64,000 nucleotides of DNA from positions 224,001 to 288,000 of the forward strand of contig JBGARZ010000011.1 of assembly GCA_044229975.1 (NCBI GenBank), in the 5' to 3' direction. The translations under genes and the position numbers were made by a program. The notes under the pieces were generated by a model. The model was not told where the DNA came from and did no database searches. It saw only the letters and a list, made by a program, of their open reading frames with translations. Positions 12,221 to 24,948 of the stretch are shown here, one piece after another (position 1 is the stretch's first letter; every line of letters begins with the position of its first letter). This DNA is from Polyangiales bacterium (lineage in GTDB: Bacteria; Myxococcota_A; Polyangia; Polyangiales; Ga0077539).

Positions 12221-12526
12221 TCACTCCTTCGGCGCCGCCTGCTGCGCGCGAATCTCCGCGAGGGTCTCTTCGAGGTCGATGAGCCGGCTCTGGAGCTGGT
12301 TGAGCGCGTGGAGCGAGCGCTCCTGATCGCGCCGCGTGGGCAGGCCCACCGCCGACCACCACGCGTCCATCGCCCCGTCGACGGCCGTCTTGGAGCGCAT
12401 CACCGCCGTCAACATCGCCCCGCCTGGCGTCAGCACCAGGGGCGACCGCATCCACGCCTCGACGTACTTCGCCGTCGCGGCCTCCCAGGTGTCGAAGCCC
12501 TTCTTCCACTGGTCCCAACCGAACAT
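12221..12526 (-). CDS. Small PhaE-like protein (PhaC partner)
   Basis: 101 aa, MFGWDQWKKGFDTWE...GLPTRRDQERSLHALNQLQSRLIDLEE; resembles the PhaE C-terminal LPTR + coiled coil; upstream of phaC. Confidence 0.65.
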   Translation of the reverse strand: MFGWDQWKKGFDTWEAATAKYVEAWMRSPLVLTPGGAMLTAVMRSKTAVDGAMDAWWSAVGLPTRRDQERSLHALNQLQSRLIDLEETLAEIRAQQAAPKE

Positions 12527-12559
12527 GGCCGCCGCTCCTTCCGCGCCGCACCACCGCGT

Positions 12560-12643
12560 TGCCGCAGCGCAACAACCGACGCTCCCCAACGGATAGGTCA
12601 GCTCCACAAATGGTGTCAACCGCTCCAATGGTGCGACGCACAA
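12560..12643. promoter_or_regulatory. Putative PhaR boxes in the divergent phaE-like/phaR promoter
   Basis: TGCGACGCACAA at 12632-12643 (+) fits the TGCRNYGCASMA consensus as recalled for alphaproteobacterial PhaR; 11/12 match TGCGCTGCGGCA on the minus strand at 12560-12571. Confidence 0.6.
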
Positions 12644-12694
12644 TCCGATGGCTTCCCAGCGCCCCGCGGTTGCCGGTATGCTCCACTCCCCCCG

Positions 12695-13321
12695 ATGAGC
12701 AAGCGCCCCGCCCCGCCGAGGGTCATCAAGAAGTACGGCAACCGCCGCCTCTACGACACCACCCTCAGCCGCTACGTCACCCTCGACGAGCTCGCCGACT
12801 CCATCCGCGTCGGCCACGACGCCCGCATCGTCGACGCCCAGACCGGCGACGACCTCACCCAGACCACCCTCACCCAGATGATCCTGGAGGGCCGCGGCGC
12901 CGCGCAATTCCTCTCCGTCCCCATCCTCACCCAGCTCCTGCGGATGAGCGACGACGCGCTCGCGGAGTTCTTCGGCCGCTACGTCAGCATGGCCCTCGAC
13001 CTCTACCAGCAGACCCGCACCGGGATGCAGTCGTTTGGCCCCTTCGCCCCCTTCGCGATGCCCTACGCCGCCACCAACGCCTTCGCCCGCCTCGTCGGCA
13101 ACGCCCTCCCCTTCCGTGGTGCACCGCAGCAACCTGCCGCCCCGCAAGCACCCCTCGAAGCCCCCGCCGAGGAAGATCCGCCCCCGCCCACGGCCGACTC
13201 CCTCGCGCTCGACGACCTGCGCCGCAAGCTCGACGCGCTGGAGAAATCCGTGCGTGCCGCCCAGCGCCCGGCGGCCCCGAAGAAGCCCGCGACGAAGAAG
13301 AAGCCCGCCCGCACCCGCTGA
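12695..13321 (+). CDS. phaR: PHA synthesis regulator PhaR
   Basis: VIKKYGNRRLYDTTLSRYVTLDEL...VDAQTGDDLTQTTLTQMILE, the PHB_acc_N signature. Confidence 0.9.
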   Translation: MSKRPAPPRVIKKYGNRRLYDTTLSRYVTLDELADSIRVGHDARIVDAQTGDDLTQTTLTQMILEGRGAAQFLSVPILTQLLRMSDDALAEFFGRYVSMALDLYQQTRTGMQSFGPFAPFAMPYAATNAFARLVGNALPFRGAPQQPAAPQAPLEAPAEEDPPPPTADSLALDDLRRKLDALEKSVRAAQRPAAPKKPATKKKPARTR

Positions 13322-13324
13322 TGT

Positions 13325-13336
13325 TGCAGCGCACAA
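13325..13336 (+). promoter_or_regulatory. Putative PhaR box upstream of the phasin-like gene
   Basis: TGCAGCGCACAA, same consensus as 12632-12643. Confidence 0.6.
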
Positions 13337-13396
13337 CGCATCGTTGACAGCACACCCGCCGCTGCTCTATCCGTCGACGAGGGAGCACCGACCACC

Positions 13397-13717
13397 ATGA
13401 GCGACACCACCGAGACCCCGAAGCCGCCCAGCCCCTTCGCGGCCTTCTTCGGCGCGAGCAACCCCTTCATGGCCCTCGGCGCAGAGGCGTGGCGCAAGGG
13501 CGTGGCCGATCACGTCGCTCGCGTGGAGGCCGTCACCGACGAGCTCGCCCGCGCCGAAGCCCAGGGCATCGCCCACACGCGCATGATGATCGACGAGAGC
13601 GCGAAGCTCGCCCAGGAGACCCTCTCCTACGCGACGCAGCTCTCCAGCGAGTGGCGCAAGATGATGTTCGAGGCGGCCCGCAAGGGCTTCGACCTCGTCA
13701 ACCCGTCGGCCCGCTGA
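13397..13717 (+). CDS. Phasin-like amphipathic helical protein
   Basis: 106-aa helical Ala/Glu-rich ORF with RBS (gagggag), directly after phaR and a PhaR-box-like motif. Confidence 0.6.
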   Translation: MSDTTETPKPPSPFAAFFGASNPFMALGAEAWRKGVADHVARVEAVTDELARAEAQGIAHTRMMIDESAKLAQETLSYATQLSSEWRKMMFEAARKGFDLVNPSAR

Positions 13718-13783
13718 GTGGCGCCGCGTACGCCACAACGCACCACTGCCCAACCGCGCCGCGGCGGAGTAATCACGGTGGCG

Positions 13784-14692
13784 ATGCGCTGCTCCATCCT
13801 CCTCACGCTCACCGCCCTCGGCTGCGCCACAGGCGACGTCGAGCCGCGCGTCGACGCTGGCGTTCGCGACGTCGGCACGCAGCCGCGCGACGTCCCCGCC
13901 GTGACGACGGACAACCCCGCGGTGCCCACCGACGAGGGCACTCCCGAGGTGGACGTGGCGCCGGTGGGTGATGGTGGCGCGCGCTGCATGGGCGATCGCG
14001 ACGGCGTCATCACCCGCGCGGAGATCAACTTCCTCGTCGGCGCCTCGGTGCTCTACGCCGTCAACGACGACGGCACCACCGTCGAGCCCGTCGACACCGC
14101 TGGAACCATCGTCGAAGGCACGCGCCGCTGGGACTACTCCGCCCCGCGCGCGAGCGACCGCCGCGTGCTCGACGAGGTGATGCGCCCGACCGGCCGCTGG
14201 TGGAGCGGGCGCTACCCCGACGCGACCTACGCCGCGCTCATCGACCGCACCAACAACATCCTCGGCGTGTACCGCGCGAGCGCCTCGTCGCTGGAGCTGC
14301 TGGGCACCGTCTCCGTCGCGGACAACGCCACCGACCTGCGCATGACGCCGCCGGTGCAGGTGCTGCGCTTCCCGCTGCGCGTCGGTGATACGTGGACGCA
14401 GTCGGTCACCGCGACGGGCTTCTACAACTTCACCCCGAACACCAACGTCACCAGCTACACCACCCGGGTCGACGCGCAGGGGGAGGTGTGGACGTCGGCG
14501 GGGAGGTTCCCGGCGCTGCGGGTTCGCACCGACCTCGACCAGGCGATTCCGCTGACCATCATCCGCCGCACGCGCCGGACGTACACCTTCCTCAGCGAGT
14601 GCTGGGGCGTGGTGGCCCGCGTGGCGAGCGTCGACAACGAGTCCGCCGAGGCCTTTGGCCGCGCGTCGGAGTACCGTCGGCTGTCGCTGTGA
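13784..14692 (+). CDS. Hypothetical lipoprotein (paralog of 17324-18121)
   Basis: Lipobox TALGC; shares CxGxRDGxI, LGVYRA, LRFPL..G.TWT, EC.G.VAR and E.RRL.L with the paralog. Confidence 0.8.
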   Translation: MRCSILLTLTALGCATGDVEPRVDAGVRDVGTQPRDVPAVTTDNPAVPTDEGTPEVDVAPVGDGGARCMGDRDGVITRAEINFLVGASVLYAVNDDGTTVEPVDTAGTIVEGTRRWDYSAPRASDRRVLDEVMRPTGRWWSGRYPDATYAALIDRTNNILGVYRASASSLELLGTVSVADNATDLRMTPPVQVLRFPLRVGDTWTQSVTATGFYNFTPNTNVTSYTTRVDAQGEVWTSAGRFPALRVRTDLDQAIPLTIIRRTRRTYTFLSECWGVVARVASVDNESAEAFGRASEYRRLSL

Positions 14693-15609
14693 GAGCCGCC
14701 CTCCTCTGTTGCGTCGCAGCATTCGCGCCCGCCTGCGCGACCTTCCAGGAGCCCGGAGAGCCCCTCGGCGCGCGCCTCGGCCCCGACGCCCGCTACGTCC
14801 ACACCCGCTCGGGGCGCTCCATCTACACCGAGGTCCGCGGGCCCGCCGAAGGCACCGCCACGCCGGTGCTGCTCGTCCACGGCTTCGCCTCCAACCACGA
14901 CGTCTGGGACACGCTCGAACCCGGTCTCCGTGAGCGCCGCCGCACCATCAACGTCGACCTCCCCGGCTTCGGCTGGTCGTCGCGCACCGACGGTGACTAC
15001 TCCCCCGTCGCCCTCGCCAACGACCTCGTCGACGTCCTCGACGCCGTCGCCCCCAACGGTCCCGTCGACGTCGTCGCCCACTCCTGGGGCAGCTCCGTCA
15101 GCCTCGCGCTCGCGCTCGACCACTCCGACCGCGTGCGCCGCGTCGTCCTCGTCGGCGCCTGGATCTACGACGAACAGATCCCCCCGTTCTTCCGCTGGGC
15201 GCGCCTGCCCGGCGTCGGCGAGATGCTCTTCTCGGGCTTCTACCGCGAGCGCCCCGACGACCGCTTTCCGTCCGCGTTCGAAGACCCCTCCATCGTGTCG
15301 CAAGACCTCGTCGACGCCATCGAGCGCTCCTTCGACCGACCCGGAACCTCCCGCGCCGCCCTCGCCGCCGCCCGCGGCCAGTGCTTCCTCCAGCTCCAGA
15401 CCCGCTACCGCACCGTGCAGCAACCCACGCTCCTCCTGTGGGGCGCCGCCGACCACGTCGCCCAGCTCCGCTTCGGTGAGCGACTCGCGCGCGAGATCCC
15501 CGACGCACGCCTCGCCGTCGTCCCCGCCGTCGGGCACTTCCCCATGATCGAGGCCGCCGGCGTCACCCGCCGCGAGGTGCTCACCTTCCTCGATGGGACG
15601 GGCCGGTGA
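14689..15609 (+). CDS. Alpha/beta hydrolase, probable lipoprotein
   Basis: LLVHGF, VDLPGFGWS, AHSWG nucleophile elbow, WGAAD, GHFP; GTG overlaps the upstream stop. Confidence 0.88.
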   Translation: MRAALLCCVAAFAPACATFQEPGEPLGARLGPDARYVHTRSGRSIYTEVRGPAEGTATPVLLVHGFASNHDVWDTLEPGLRERRRTINVDLPGFGWSSRTDGDYSPVALANDLVDVLDAVAPNGPVDVVAHSWGSSVSLALALDHSDRVRRVVLVGAWIYDEQIPPFFRWARLPGVGEMLFSGFYRERPDDRFPSAFEDPSIVSQDLVDAIERSFDRPGTSRAALAAARGQCFLQLQTRYRTVQQPTLLLWGAADHVAQLRFGERLAREIPDARLAVVPAVGHFPMIEAAGVTRREVLTFLDGTGR

Positions 15610-17240
15610 CGCGACGCAACACGGTCACCGCGCTCGCTTGTTGCGCCGCGACATGGCTGTCGACCGTCACGGCGATTGCCCAGCCGCGCGCGGCCGGAGA
15701 CGAGCGGCGCGCCATCGATCGCGAGCCCTCCCGCGATGCACCCGGGGTGACGCCCATCGGTGATGCGCTGCGCGCGACGGCCGACACGCCCGACACGCGG
15801 GTGCGCCTCACGGGCTTCCTCCGAACGCGCGGCGACCTCGCCCACAACTGGGACCTCGCGCGCGGCCCGACGCCGTCGCTGTCGTCCATCTGGCCGCTGC
15901 CGTATGTCGACGACGGGGCCTCGCACACGCAGACCAGCGCCGACCTGAGATTGCGCGTCGACCTGGGCATCGAGGTCGGTTGGGGCGTCTCCATCCACGC
16001 GCGGGCCCACGTGCTCGACAACCTGCGCCTGGGATCGCTCCCGTCCGGGGACTTCGTCGGCGGCAGCGTGACGCAGCGCGGACCCGATCTGCCCATCGAT
16101 CTGCGGCAGGTCTACGGTCAGGTGCTGCTGCCCTTTGGTGTGCTCACCGCGGGTCGCATGGGCGCGCTCGTCGATTGGGGGACGGGGTTCTTCCTCAACG
16201 CGGGCAACGGGCTCGACGACGACTACGGCGATGTTGGTGACCGCGTGGCGTTTACGACGCCGCTCGCGGGCCTGCTCTGGACGGCGCTCTACGAGATCAG
16301 CGCGACGGGTCCGTCGAGCGAGGCGCTGCGGCCGGAGATACGCCCGGCCTTCGACCTCGACCCGCGTGATGACGTTCGGACGGTGGCGTTTTCGGTGGCC
16401 CGCTACAACACCCCGACGACCCGCAATCGAAGGTTGCGGGCGGGGCGCAACACCTTCGAGTTCGGGCTCGTCGGGAGCTACCGCTGGCAGAGCTACGACA
16501 TCAACGCGACGGACGTCCCGTCGGCGCGCACGGCGCTGGTGCGCGACCTGACGGCCTTCGTGGGCGACGCGTGGGTGCGGGCCGACCTCGGGCGCTTCAC
16601 CATCGAGGGCGAGTTTGCGTACGTGGGCTTCCGCATCGGCAACGCGTCACTCGACCCGGCGGCGATGCTCAACCTCGCGGTGACGGGCCGGCAGATGGGC
16701 GGCGTCGTGCGCGCGGAGTATCGGGGCGGGGAGAGGTTCTTCGCGCGGGTGGAGGTGGGCTTCGCGTCGGGCGACGACCGGCCGGGCTTCGGCGCGCGGC
16801 CGACGGCGCAGAGCGGGCGCGCGGGTGACCTGGACGGGTTGCAGTTCGACCTCACGCGAACACCGCGCGACGTCAACGTGCAGAACTTCCGCTTCAGCCC
16901 CAACTACCGCGTCGACCTCATCCTCTGGCGGCGCCTCATCGGAACCGTCACCGACGCCTGGTACGTGCGCCCGATGGTGCGATATCGATTGGCGTCGATG
17001 CTCACCGCAGAGGCGGCCGTCATCACCAGCGTGGCGATGGAGCCCAACAGCACCCCATCGGGCAAGACACCGCTCGGCGTCGAGACCGACATCGGGTTGA
17101 TCTACGAACAGGAGCACGGCTTCGTCATGCGACTCGACTACGGGCTGCTGCTGCCATTGGCGGGCTTCGACAACGTCGCGGCGCGGGTGAGCCCGTCGCC
17201 CGCGCACGCCCTGCACGCGGTGCTCGCATGGCGGTTTTGA
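15606..17240 (+). CDS. Outer-membrane beta-barrel protein, TIGR04551-like
   Basis: Signal peptide; GFASGD, NFRFSPNYRVDLILWR, VTDAWYVRP, LGVETD; terminal aromatic residue (AWRF). Confidence 0.75.
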   Translation: MTRRNTVTALACCAATWLSTVTAIAQPRAAGDERRAIDREPSRDAPGVTPIGDALRATADTPDTRVRLTGFLRTRGDLAHNWDLARGPTPSLSSIWPLPYVDDGASHTQTSADLRLRVDLGIEVGWGVSIHARAHVLDNLRLGSLPSGDFVGGSVTQRGPDLPIDLRQVYGQVLLPFGVLTAGRMGALVDWGTGFFLNAGNGLDDDYGDVGDRVAFTTPLAGLLWTALYEISATGPSSEALRPEIRPAFDLDPRDDVRTVAFSVARYNTPTTRNRRLRAGRNTFEFGLVGSYRWQSYDINATDVPSARTALVRDLTAFVGDAWVRADLGRFTIEGEFAYVGFRIGNASLDPAAMLNLAVTGRQMGGVVRAEYRGGERFFARVEVGFASGDDRPGFGARPTAQSGRAGDLDGLQFDLTRTPRDVNVQNFRFSPNYRVDLILWRRLIGTVTDAWYVRPMVRYRLASMLTAEAAVITSVAMEPNSTPSGKTPLGVETDIGLIYEQEHGFVMRLDYGLLLPLAGFDNVAARVSPSPAHALHAVLAWRF

Positions 17241-17323
17241 GCGCGGGGAGAAGGGTGGGTGGTCGCTTCCCCTCCCTCACGGTCGGGGTCTGGCTCGGAG
17301 CGGTGGCGGCGATCGGTGGAGCA

Positions 17324-18121
17324 ATGGGCTGCGCGGCGGCGCCGGAGGGGAGCGACGCCGGAGCGCGTGATGGCGGCGGCTTCGTCGTCATCCCCGACAG
17401 CGGGTCGACGGTGGTGTGCCGGGGCAACCGCGACGGGACCATCGCGCGCAACGAGGTGGTGTTTGTTCCGGGCGTGGAGGTTCGCTATCGCATCAACCCG
17501 CCGGGGACGCTCGCGCGGGTGTCGCCCCGCGGCGTGGACGTCGGCGGGGTGCGCACGTGGGACTTCACCGACGGCAGCGGCGACGCCGTGACGTTGACGC
17601 TCTCGACCAGCGAGGGGCAATGGTGGCTGCCGCGCTTTCCGACGGCGCAGTACGCGTCGCGGCTCGATCCGCGCAGCCCCAACCTCGGCGTCTATCGGGC
17701 GGGAGATACGAGCGTCGAGCTGCTCGGTCTCGTCGCGCCGATGGAGTCGACGATGACGGTGGTTCCGTATGAGCCGGGCGTCGCGGTGCTGCGCTTTCCG
17801 CTGACCATGGGCGCGACGTGGACCGCCGACAGCACGACGAGCAACGCGATGGTGGAAGGGACGCCCGTCGCGTCGCGCGATCGGTACAGCTTCGTGGTGG
17901 ATGCGCGCGGGACGGTGCGGCTTCCTGACCTGACCTTCACCGACGCGCTGCGGGTTCGCATCGAGCTCACGCAGCAGTTTCCTGCGGGCGCAGGCGTGCG
18001 GAAGATCCAGTACCTCTGGATGGTGGAGTGCTACGGCGAGGTCGCGCGGATGACGTCGCAGGACGGCGAGGTCGACCCGGACTTCACCATGGCCACGGAG
18101 TTTCGACGCCTCGGGTTGTAG
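17324..18121 (+). CDS. Hypothetical (lipo)protein, paralog of 13784-14692; start may extend upstream to 17228-17237
   Basis: Collinear motif identity with the upstream paralog; hydrophobic stretch then AMGC in the ORF starting at 17228. Confidence 0.78.
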   Translation: MGCAAAPEGSDAGARDGGGFVVIPDSGSTVVCRGNRDGTIARNEVVFVPGVEVRYRINPPGTLARVSPRGVDVGGVRTWDFTDGSGDAVTLTLSTSEGQWWLPRFPTAQYASRLDPRSPNLGVYRAGDTSVELLGLVAPMESTMTVVPYEPGVAVLRFPLTMGATWTADSTTSNAMVEGTPVASRDRYSFVVDARGTVRLPDLTFTDALRVRIELTQQFPAGAGVRKIQYLWMVECYGEVARMTSQDGEVDPDFTMATEFRRLGL

Positions 18122-18164
18122 GAACGCTTTCAGCGCCCGCCCTCCGCGCAGTACAGTGCGGTGC

Positions 18165-19004
18165 ATGCGCAGGCTCCGCTGGTTGATCCCGGGTGCGTCG
18201 CTGCTGGTGGTTGCGTGCGGCTCCGTCGATCGCACCGCCCTCGACGGTCTCAACCCTGTCGACGCGGGTGCGACCGCGACGGGCGACGTCGGGAGCGCCG
18301 ACCTGGGGAGCCCGGTGCTGGGTGCCGATGCGGGCTCTCCGATGACGGCCACCGACGCGGGCAGCGCGGGTGAGCGCGACGTCGGGAGCACCGTGGCGAC
18401 GGACGTCGGAGAGCCCGTGACGCCACCACCCGTGGACGGGGGCGCACCGGCGGTCGACGCGGGCGTGGTGGCCAGCGTCGATGCGAGCGTGGCGACGGAC
18501 ACGGGGTGCCGGGCGTGCACGGCGTTTGCGCCGGTGGCGTTCTGCCCGGGCAGCGGGCTCGGCTACTGCCTCGCGTACCAGGGGTGCACGACGGCGAGCT
18601 GCGCGGTGTGCGCAATGCCGACGACGGGCGGCGACGACTGCGCGAGCGCGGTGGTGCTGAGCGCGACGGGGCGACAGCGCTCGGTGGTGACGACCTGCGG
18701 CGCGCGCGACAACGTCGACACGTCGTGCAACGGCGCCGGGCCCGACATCGTGGTCGGGGTGCGGGTCGCGCGGCGGGGGCGGGTCGCGGTGCGGATGACG
18801 GTTCCGGCGGGCGTGACGATGAACTTCGGGTACGACCTGCTGGGCTCGACGTCGTGCGCCAACGACCGCATCGGGCGGCAGTGCGTGAGCCGTACGGCGG
18901 CGGTCACGCAGAGCACGGAGCTCATCCTGGATGCAGGGACGTACTACCTCTACGTGGTGACATCGCAGCCCACGTCGGTGGTGGTCGAGACCGAGCTTCC
19001 GTAG
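18165..19004 (+). CDS. Cys-rich lipoprotein with DAG low-complexity linker
   Basis: Lipobox LVVAC; DAG repeats; GDDCASA...GPDIV...LDAGTYYLYV beta-sandwich end. Confidence 0.72.
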   Translation: MRRLRWLIPGASLLVVACGSVDRTALDGLNPVDAGATATGDVGSADLGSPVLGADAGSPMTATDAGSAGERDVGSTVATDVGEPVTPPPVDGGAPAVDAGVVASVDASVATDTGCRACTAFAPVAFCPGSGLGYCLAYQGCTTASCAVCAMPTTGGDDCASAVVLSATGRQRSVVTTCGARDNVDTSCNGAGPDIVVGVRVARRGRVAVRMTVPAGVTMNFGYDLLGSTSCANDRIGRQCVSRTAAVTQSTELILDAGTYYLYVVTSQPTSVVVETELP

Positions 19005-19054
19005 AGCATCCGTGGGTTGTCTTCTCCGCACCTCGCGCGCGACACTCCGCGCCC

Positions 19055-19510
19055 ATGAACCCCCATCAGCTCGTCCCCTGTGCCGCGTGCGGCCGCCACG
19101 TCCGCCGCGTCGAGAGCGTGTGTCCCTTCTGCGGTGACACCACGCTCGCGGCCTCGGCCACCACCATCCCCGACGCCCCGGCCCGCCTGAGCCGCGCGGG
19201 CGTGCTCGCCTTCGCCGCGGTCATCGGCGCCGCCGCGTGCTCGTCGCCGCAACCAGCGCCCGTCGCCCCGGCCCCTGCGCAGCCCGAACCGCCGCCCCCC
19301 GCGCCGCCTCCGCCGGTGCCCGAGGTGGTCGACGCGGGCGCTCCCGAACCGATCGATGCTGGTGCTCCCGAGCCGGTCGACGCGGGCTCTCCCGTGGTCG
19401 ACGCAGGCCCCGCCCGTCGCGACGCCGGCGCCCGCCGCCCCGGAACCAACCGGGTCATCAACGGCTCCATGAGCGTTCGCTACGGCGCCCCGCCGCGGCC
19501 CGAAGACTGA
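19055..19510 (+). CDS. Zinc-ribbon (CxxC...CPFC) membrane/lipoprotein with C-terminal YGAPP motif
   Basis: MNPHQLVPCAACGRHV...CPFCG; hydrophobic segment ending in AAAC; Pro/DAG linker; YGAPP. Confidence 0.72.
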   Translation: MNPHQLVPCAACGRHVRRVESVCPFCGDTTLAASATTIPDAPARLSRAGVLAFAAVIGAAACSSPQPAPVAPAPAQPEPPPPAPPPPVPEVVDAGAPEPIDAGAPEPVDAGSPVVDAGPARRDAGARRPGTNRVINGSMSVRYGAPPRPED

Positions 19511-19519
19511 CCTTTACCC

Positions 19520-20782
19520 CTACCGCGGCCACTGCCGATCGGCGTACGCGAGGAAGGTCTCCCAGTCCTCCGCGCCGAGGCTATGAACGCCCGGCCGCGT
19601 GCGCCAGCTCAGCCTGCCCCCCAGCGAATACCGCCCGTCCCCGTCACGCAGCAGCCCCGGTTGTCCGTAGAGCGACCACGCCGCGTCGGCCGCCTCCGCG
19701 GCCCCGCGCGCGCCCGGCGGATCGGCCCACGAGTCATCATCGCCATCGGTGAGCAGCAACCGCCGCGGCGCCATCAACGCGACGAGCTGGTGCTGGTCGA
19801 TGGGGAGCCGCGACTCCCTCCCCGCAAAAGTCGGAAACACGTCATTGAACCATGATGGAAACGTCAGGTTGATGATCTGCACCGACTCGCCGATGGGGCT
19901 GCGCGAGAGCGCCGCGCCGGCCGTCCCCGACTGGTGCGCGATGACCATGGCGATGCGGTCGTCGTTGGCGCCCGCCCAGAGCGCGGCCTTCCCGCGACGC
20001 GAGTGACCCACCACGGCGATGCGCGACGCGTCGACGCGTCCGCTCGTGACGAGCCAGTCGACGGCGCGCGACAGACCCCACGACCACGCGGCGATGCGCC
20101 CCCAGCGAACCTCCCTCGCCCTCCCATCGGGGACGAAGTGCGGATGCACCCCGTCGGAGAAATCGCGATCGGCGGAGGTGTCAGGGTCGATGTCGCTCTC
20201 GTGGAAGGTCACGAACGCATACCCTCGCCGCACGATGGCCTCGACCGGCCAGTTGGACGCGCGCCCTCCGCGCGACGCCTCGGCGGTGGCGCCGCAGACG
20301 GCGGTGTCGATCCATGACGTGGTGGCCGTGATGCGCGGGTCGGCGGAGACCTCCTGGTTGCCGCACTTGTTGAGCGCGACGAAGACCGGAGGTGATGCGA
20401 CGCCGGTGGGCAGATAGAGCGACAGGTGGACGCGCGGCGCCGCGCCATCGCCGAGGGTGAGCTCGACCTCCTCGTAGCGCGCGACGCCAGGGAGGAAGTC
20501 CTCGACGGTGGAGGTGCTGCGACCGGTGACGGCGACGGTCTGCGTCGGCGCGTAACCGTAGATGTAGTGGGCGAAGCGGTCGCGCAGCTCGGCGCGGCGC
20601 CAGCCCTCCCAGTCGGCGACGGTGGTGACGCGGCGCGAGCCCGCGAAGGAGTCGAAGAGGGCGGGGAGCTCGGGGCGTTCGGGGAGTTCATCGGCGGTGG
20701 GGTAGGCGAGCGCGTCGGGCGGCGTCGACGGCGACGAGCAGGCGACGAGCAGCGCGAGTGCGGCGACGGAGGCTTTGCCCAT
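19520..20782 (-). CDS. CE15 glucuronoyl esterase-like lipoprotein
   Basis: WGRIAAWSWGLSRAVD, GHSRRGKAALWAGA, QSGTAG, LPIDQHQLVALMAPR; lipobox LVAC. Confidence 0.85.
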   Translation of the reverse strand: MGKASVAALALLVACSSPSTPPDALAYPTADELPERPELPALFDSFAGSRRVTTVADWEGWRRAELRDRFAHYIYGYAPTQTVAVTGRSTSTVEDFLPGVARYEEVELTLGDGAAPRVHLSLYLPTGVASPPVFVALNKCGNQEVSADPRITATTSWIDTAVCGATAEASRGGRASNWPVEAIVRRGYAFVTFHESDIDPDTSADRDFSDGVHPHFVPDGRAREVRWGRIAAWSWGLSRAVDWLVTSGRVDASRIAVVGHSRRGKAALWAGANDDRIAMVIAHQSGTAGAALSRSPIGESVQIINLTFPSWFNDVFPTFAGRESRLPIDQHQLVALMAPRRLLLTDGDDDSWADPPGARGAAEAADAAWSLYGQPGLLRDGDGRYSLGGRLSWRTRPGVHSLGAEDWETFLAYADRQWPR

Positions 20783-21866
20783 GGGTCGCATCGTAGAGCA
20801 TGGTCGCGGCGTGTTGTTCGATCCACCGGCGGTTGAAGCGGTGAGCGCCGTGCTCGGGTTGCGTCGGCTGGGCGGTCTCGGGGCCGAGCGAGCGGGCGTC
20901 ATCGACGGCGTCGCGGTGCGGCTGCGAGGGCCGTTGGGTCGACGCTCCGACCTCGACCTCGTCGTCGAAGCGCGACCCGCCCATGGGCTCGACCTCGGGC
21001 TGTGGGTGCGACAGGCGGGTCTCGTCGTGGGCGGCCCACCGGGGCTCGACACGGGCGACGCCGCGTTTGATGGCGTGTGCGAGGTGACCGTCGGCGAGGG
21101 CGCGGCCGACGCCGCTCGTGCGCTGCTCGACGACGCGACCCGATCGAGCCTGCTGGCGATGCTCTCGTCGGGTCGGCCGGAGATCACCGATGAGGTCGTG
21201 GCGTTCAATCTGTCGTCGGTCTACCTCACGGCGGAGACGCTCACCGCGCGGGTGCGGGAGTGCGTCGCGATCGCTCGCGCCGTCGACGCGCTCGGGGCGC
21301 GGCTGTCACCACCCACTGCCATCCCGGCGGGGCACGCCGCGGCCTTCGTCGACGCCTGCCGCGAGCACGGCCTCACATCTCGCGCGCACCCGATGAGCGC
21401 GTGGGGCGACACCTTGGAGAGCGCGGTGTGGGTTCGGTGGAGGTCGCACCCGGTGGCGGGGTCGCTCGCGACCAACGACAACACCGAGCCGGTGGGCTAC
21501 CGCGTGATGGCGCGCTTCCACGAGCCGCTCGGGGTGGGTCTGCGCGTCGAGCCCGCGGGCCTCGCCGATCGCCTGAAGGACCTCGTCGGCTTCGGCGATC
21601 TGAGCCTCGGCGACCACGCCTTCGACGCCGCGTGGCGGGTGCGCGCGACGAGCCCCGACGCTGCGATGGGGCTGCTGCACGAGGGCGCCCGCGCGCAGCT
21701 CCAACGGCTCCGCGCGCTGGGGTTGCGGCTCACCCTCGACGACGCGGGCATCGAGGGCCGCGGGGAGATTCCGGGCGACCCCGGCGTCGTGCCGGAGGTG
21801 CTGCGGCTCGTCGTCGACCTGCGCGGAGTGCTACGCCAGCGCGTCTCCCGCGGGGCGTATCGATAG
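20781..21866 (+). CDS. Hypothetical protein with internal duplication (start uncertain, possibly 20842)
   Basis: Two similar halves: LDLGL...TGDAAFD and LGVGL...LGDHAFD. Confidence 0.65.
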   Translation: MGRIVEHGRGVLFDPPAVEAVSAVLGLRRLGGLGAERAGVIDGVAVRLRGPLGRRSDLDLVVEARPAHGLDLGLWVRQAGLVVGGPPGLDTGDAAFDGVCEVTVGEGAADAARALLDDATRSSLLAMLSSGRPEITDEVVAFNLSSVYLTAETLTARVRECVAIARAVDALGARLSPPTAIPAGHAAAFVDACREHGLTSRAHPMSAWGDTLESAVWVRWRSHPVAGSLATNDNTEPVGYRVMARFHEPLGVGLRVEPAGLADRLKDLVGFGDLSLGDHAFDAAWRVRATSPDAAMGLLHEGARAQLQRLRALGLRLTLDDAGIEGRGEIPGDPGVVPEVLRLVVDLRGVLRQRVSRGAYR

Positions 21867-21884
21867 GCTGGTCGGACCACCAAC

Positions 21885-24936
<3,052 letters not shown>

Positions 24937-24948
24937 TACCGGGCGAGG

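Noticed and set aside
20778..20785. Divergent genes sharing the palindromic start CCCATGGG
   Set aside because: The plus-strand start is uncertain (GTG at 20842 is plausible), so the overlap may be an annotation artefact
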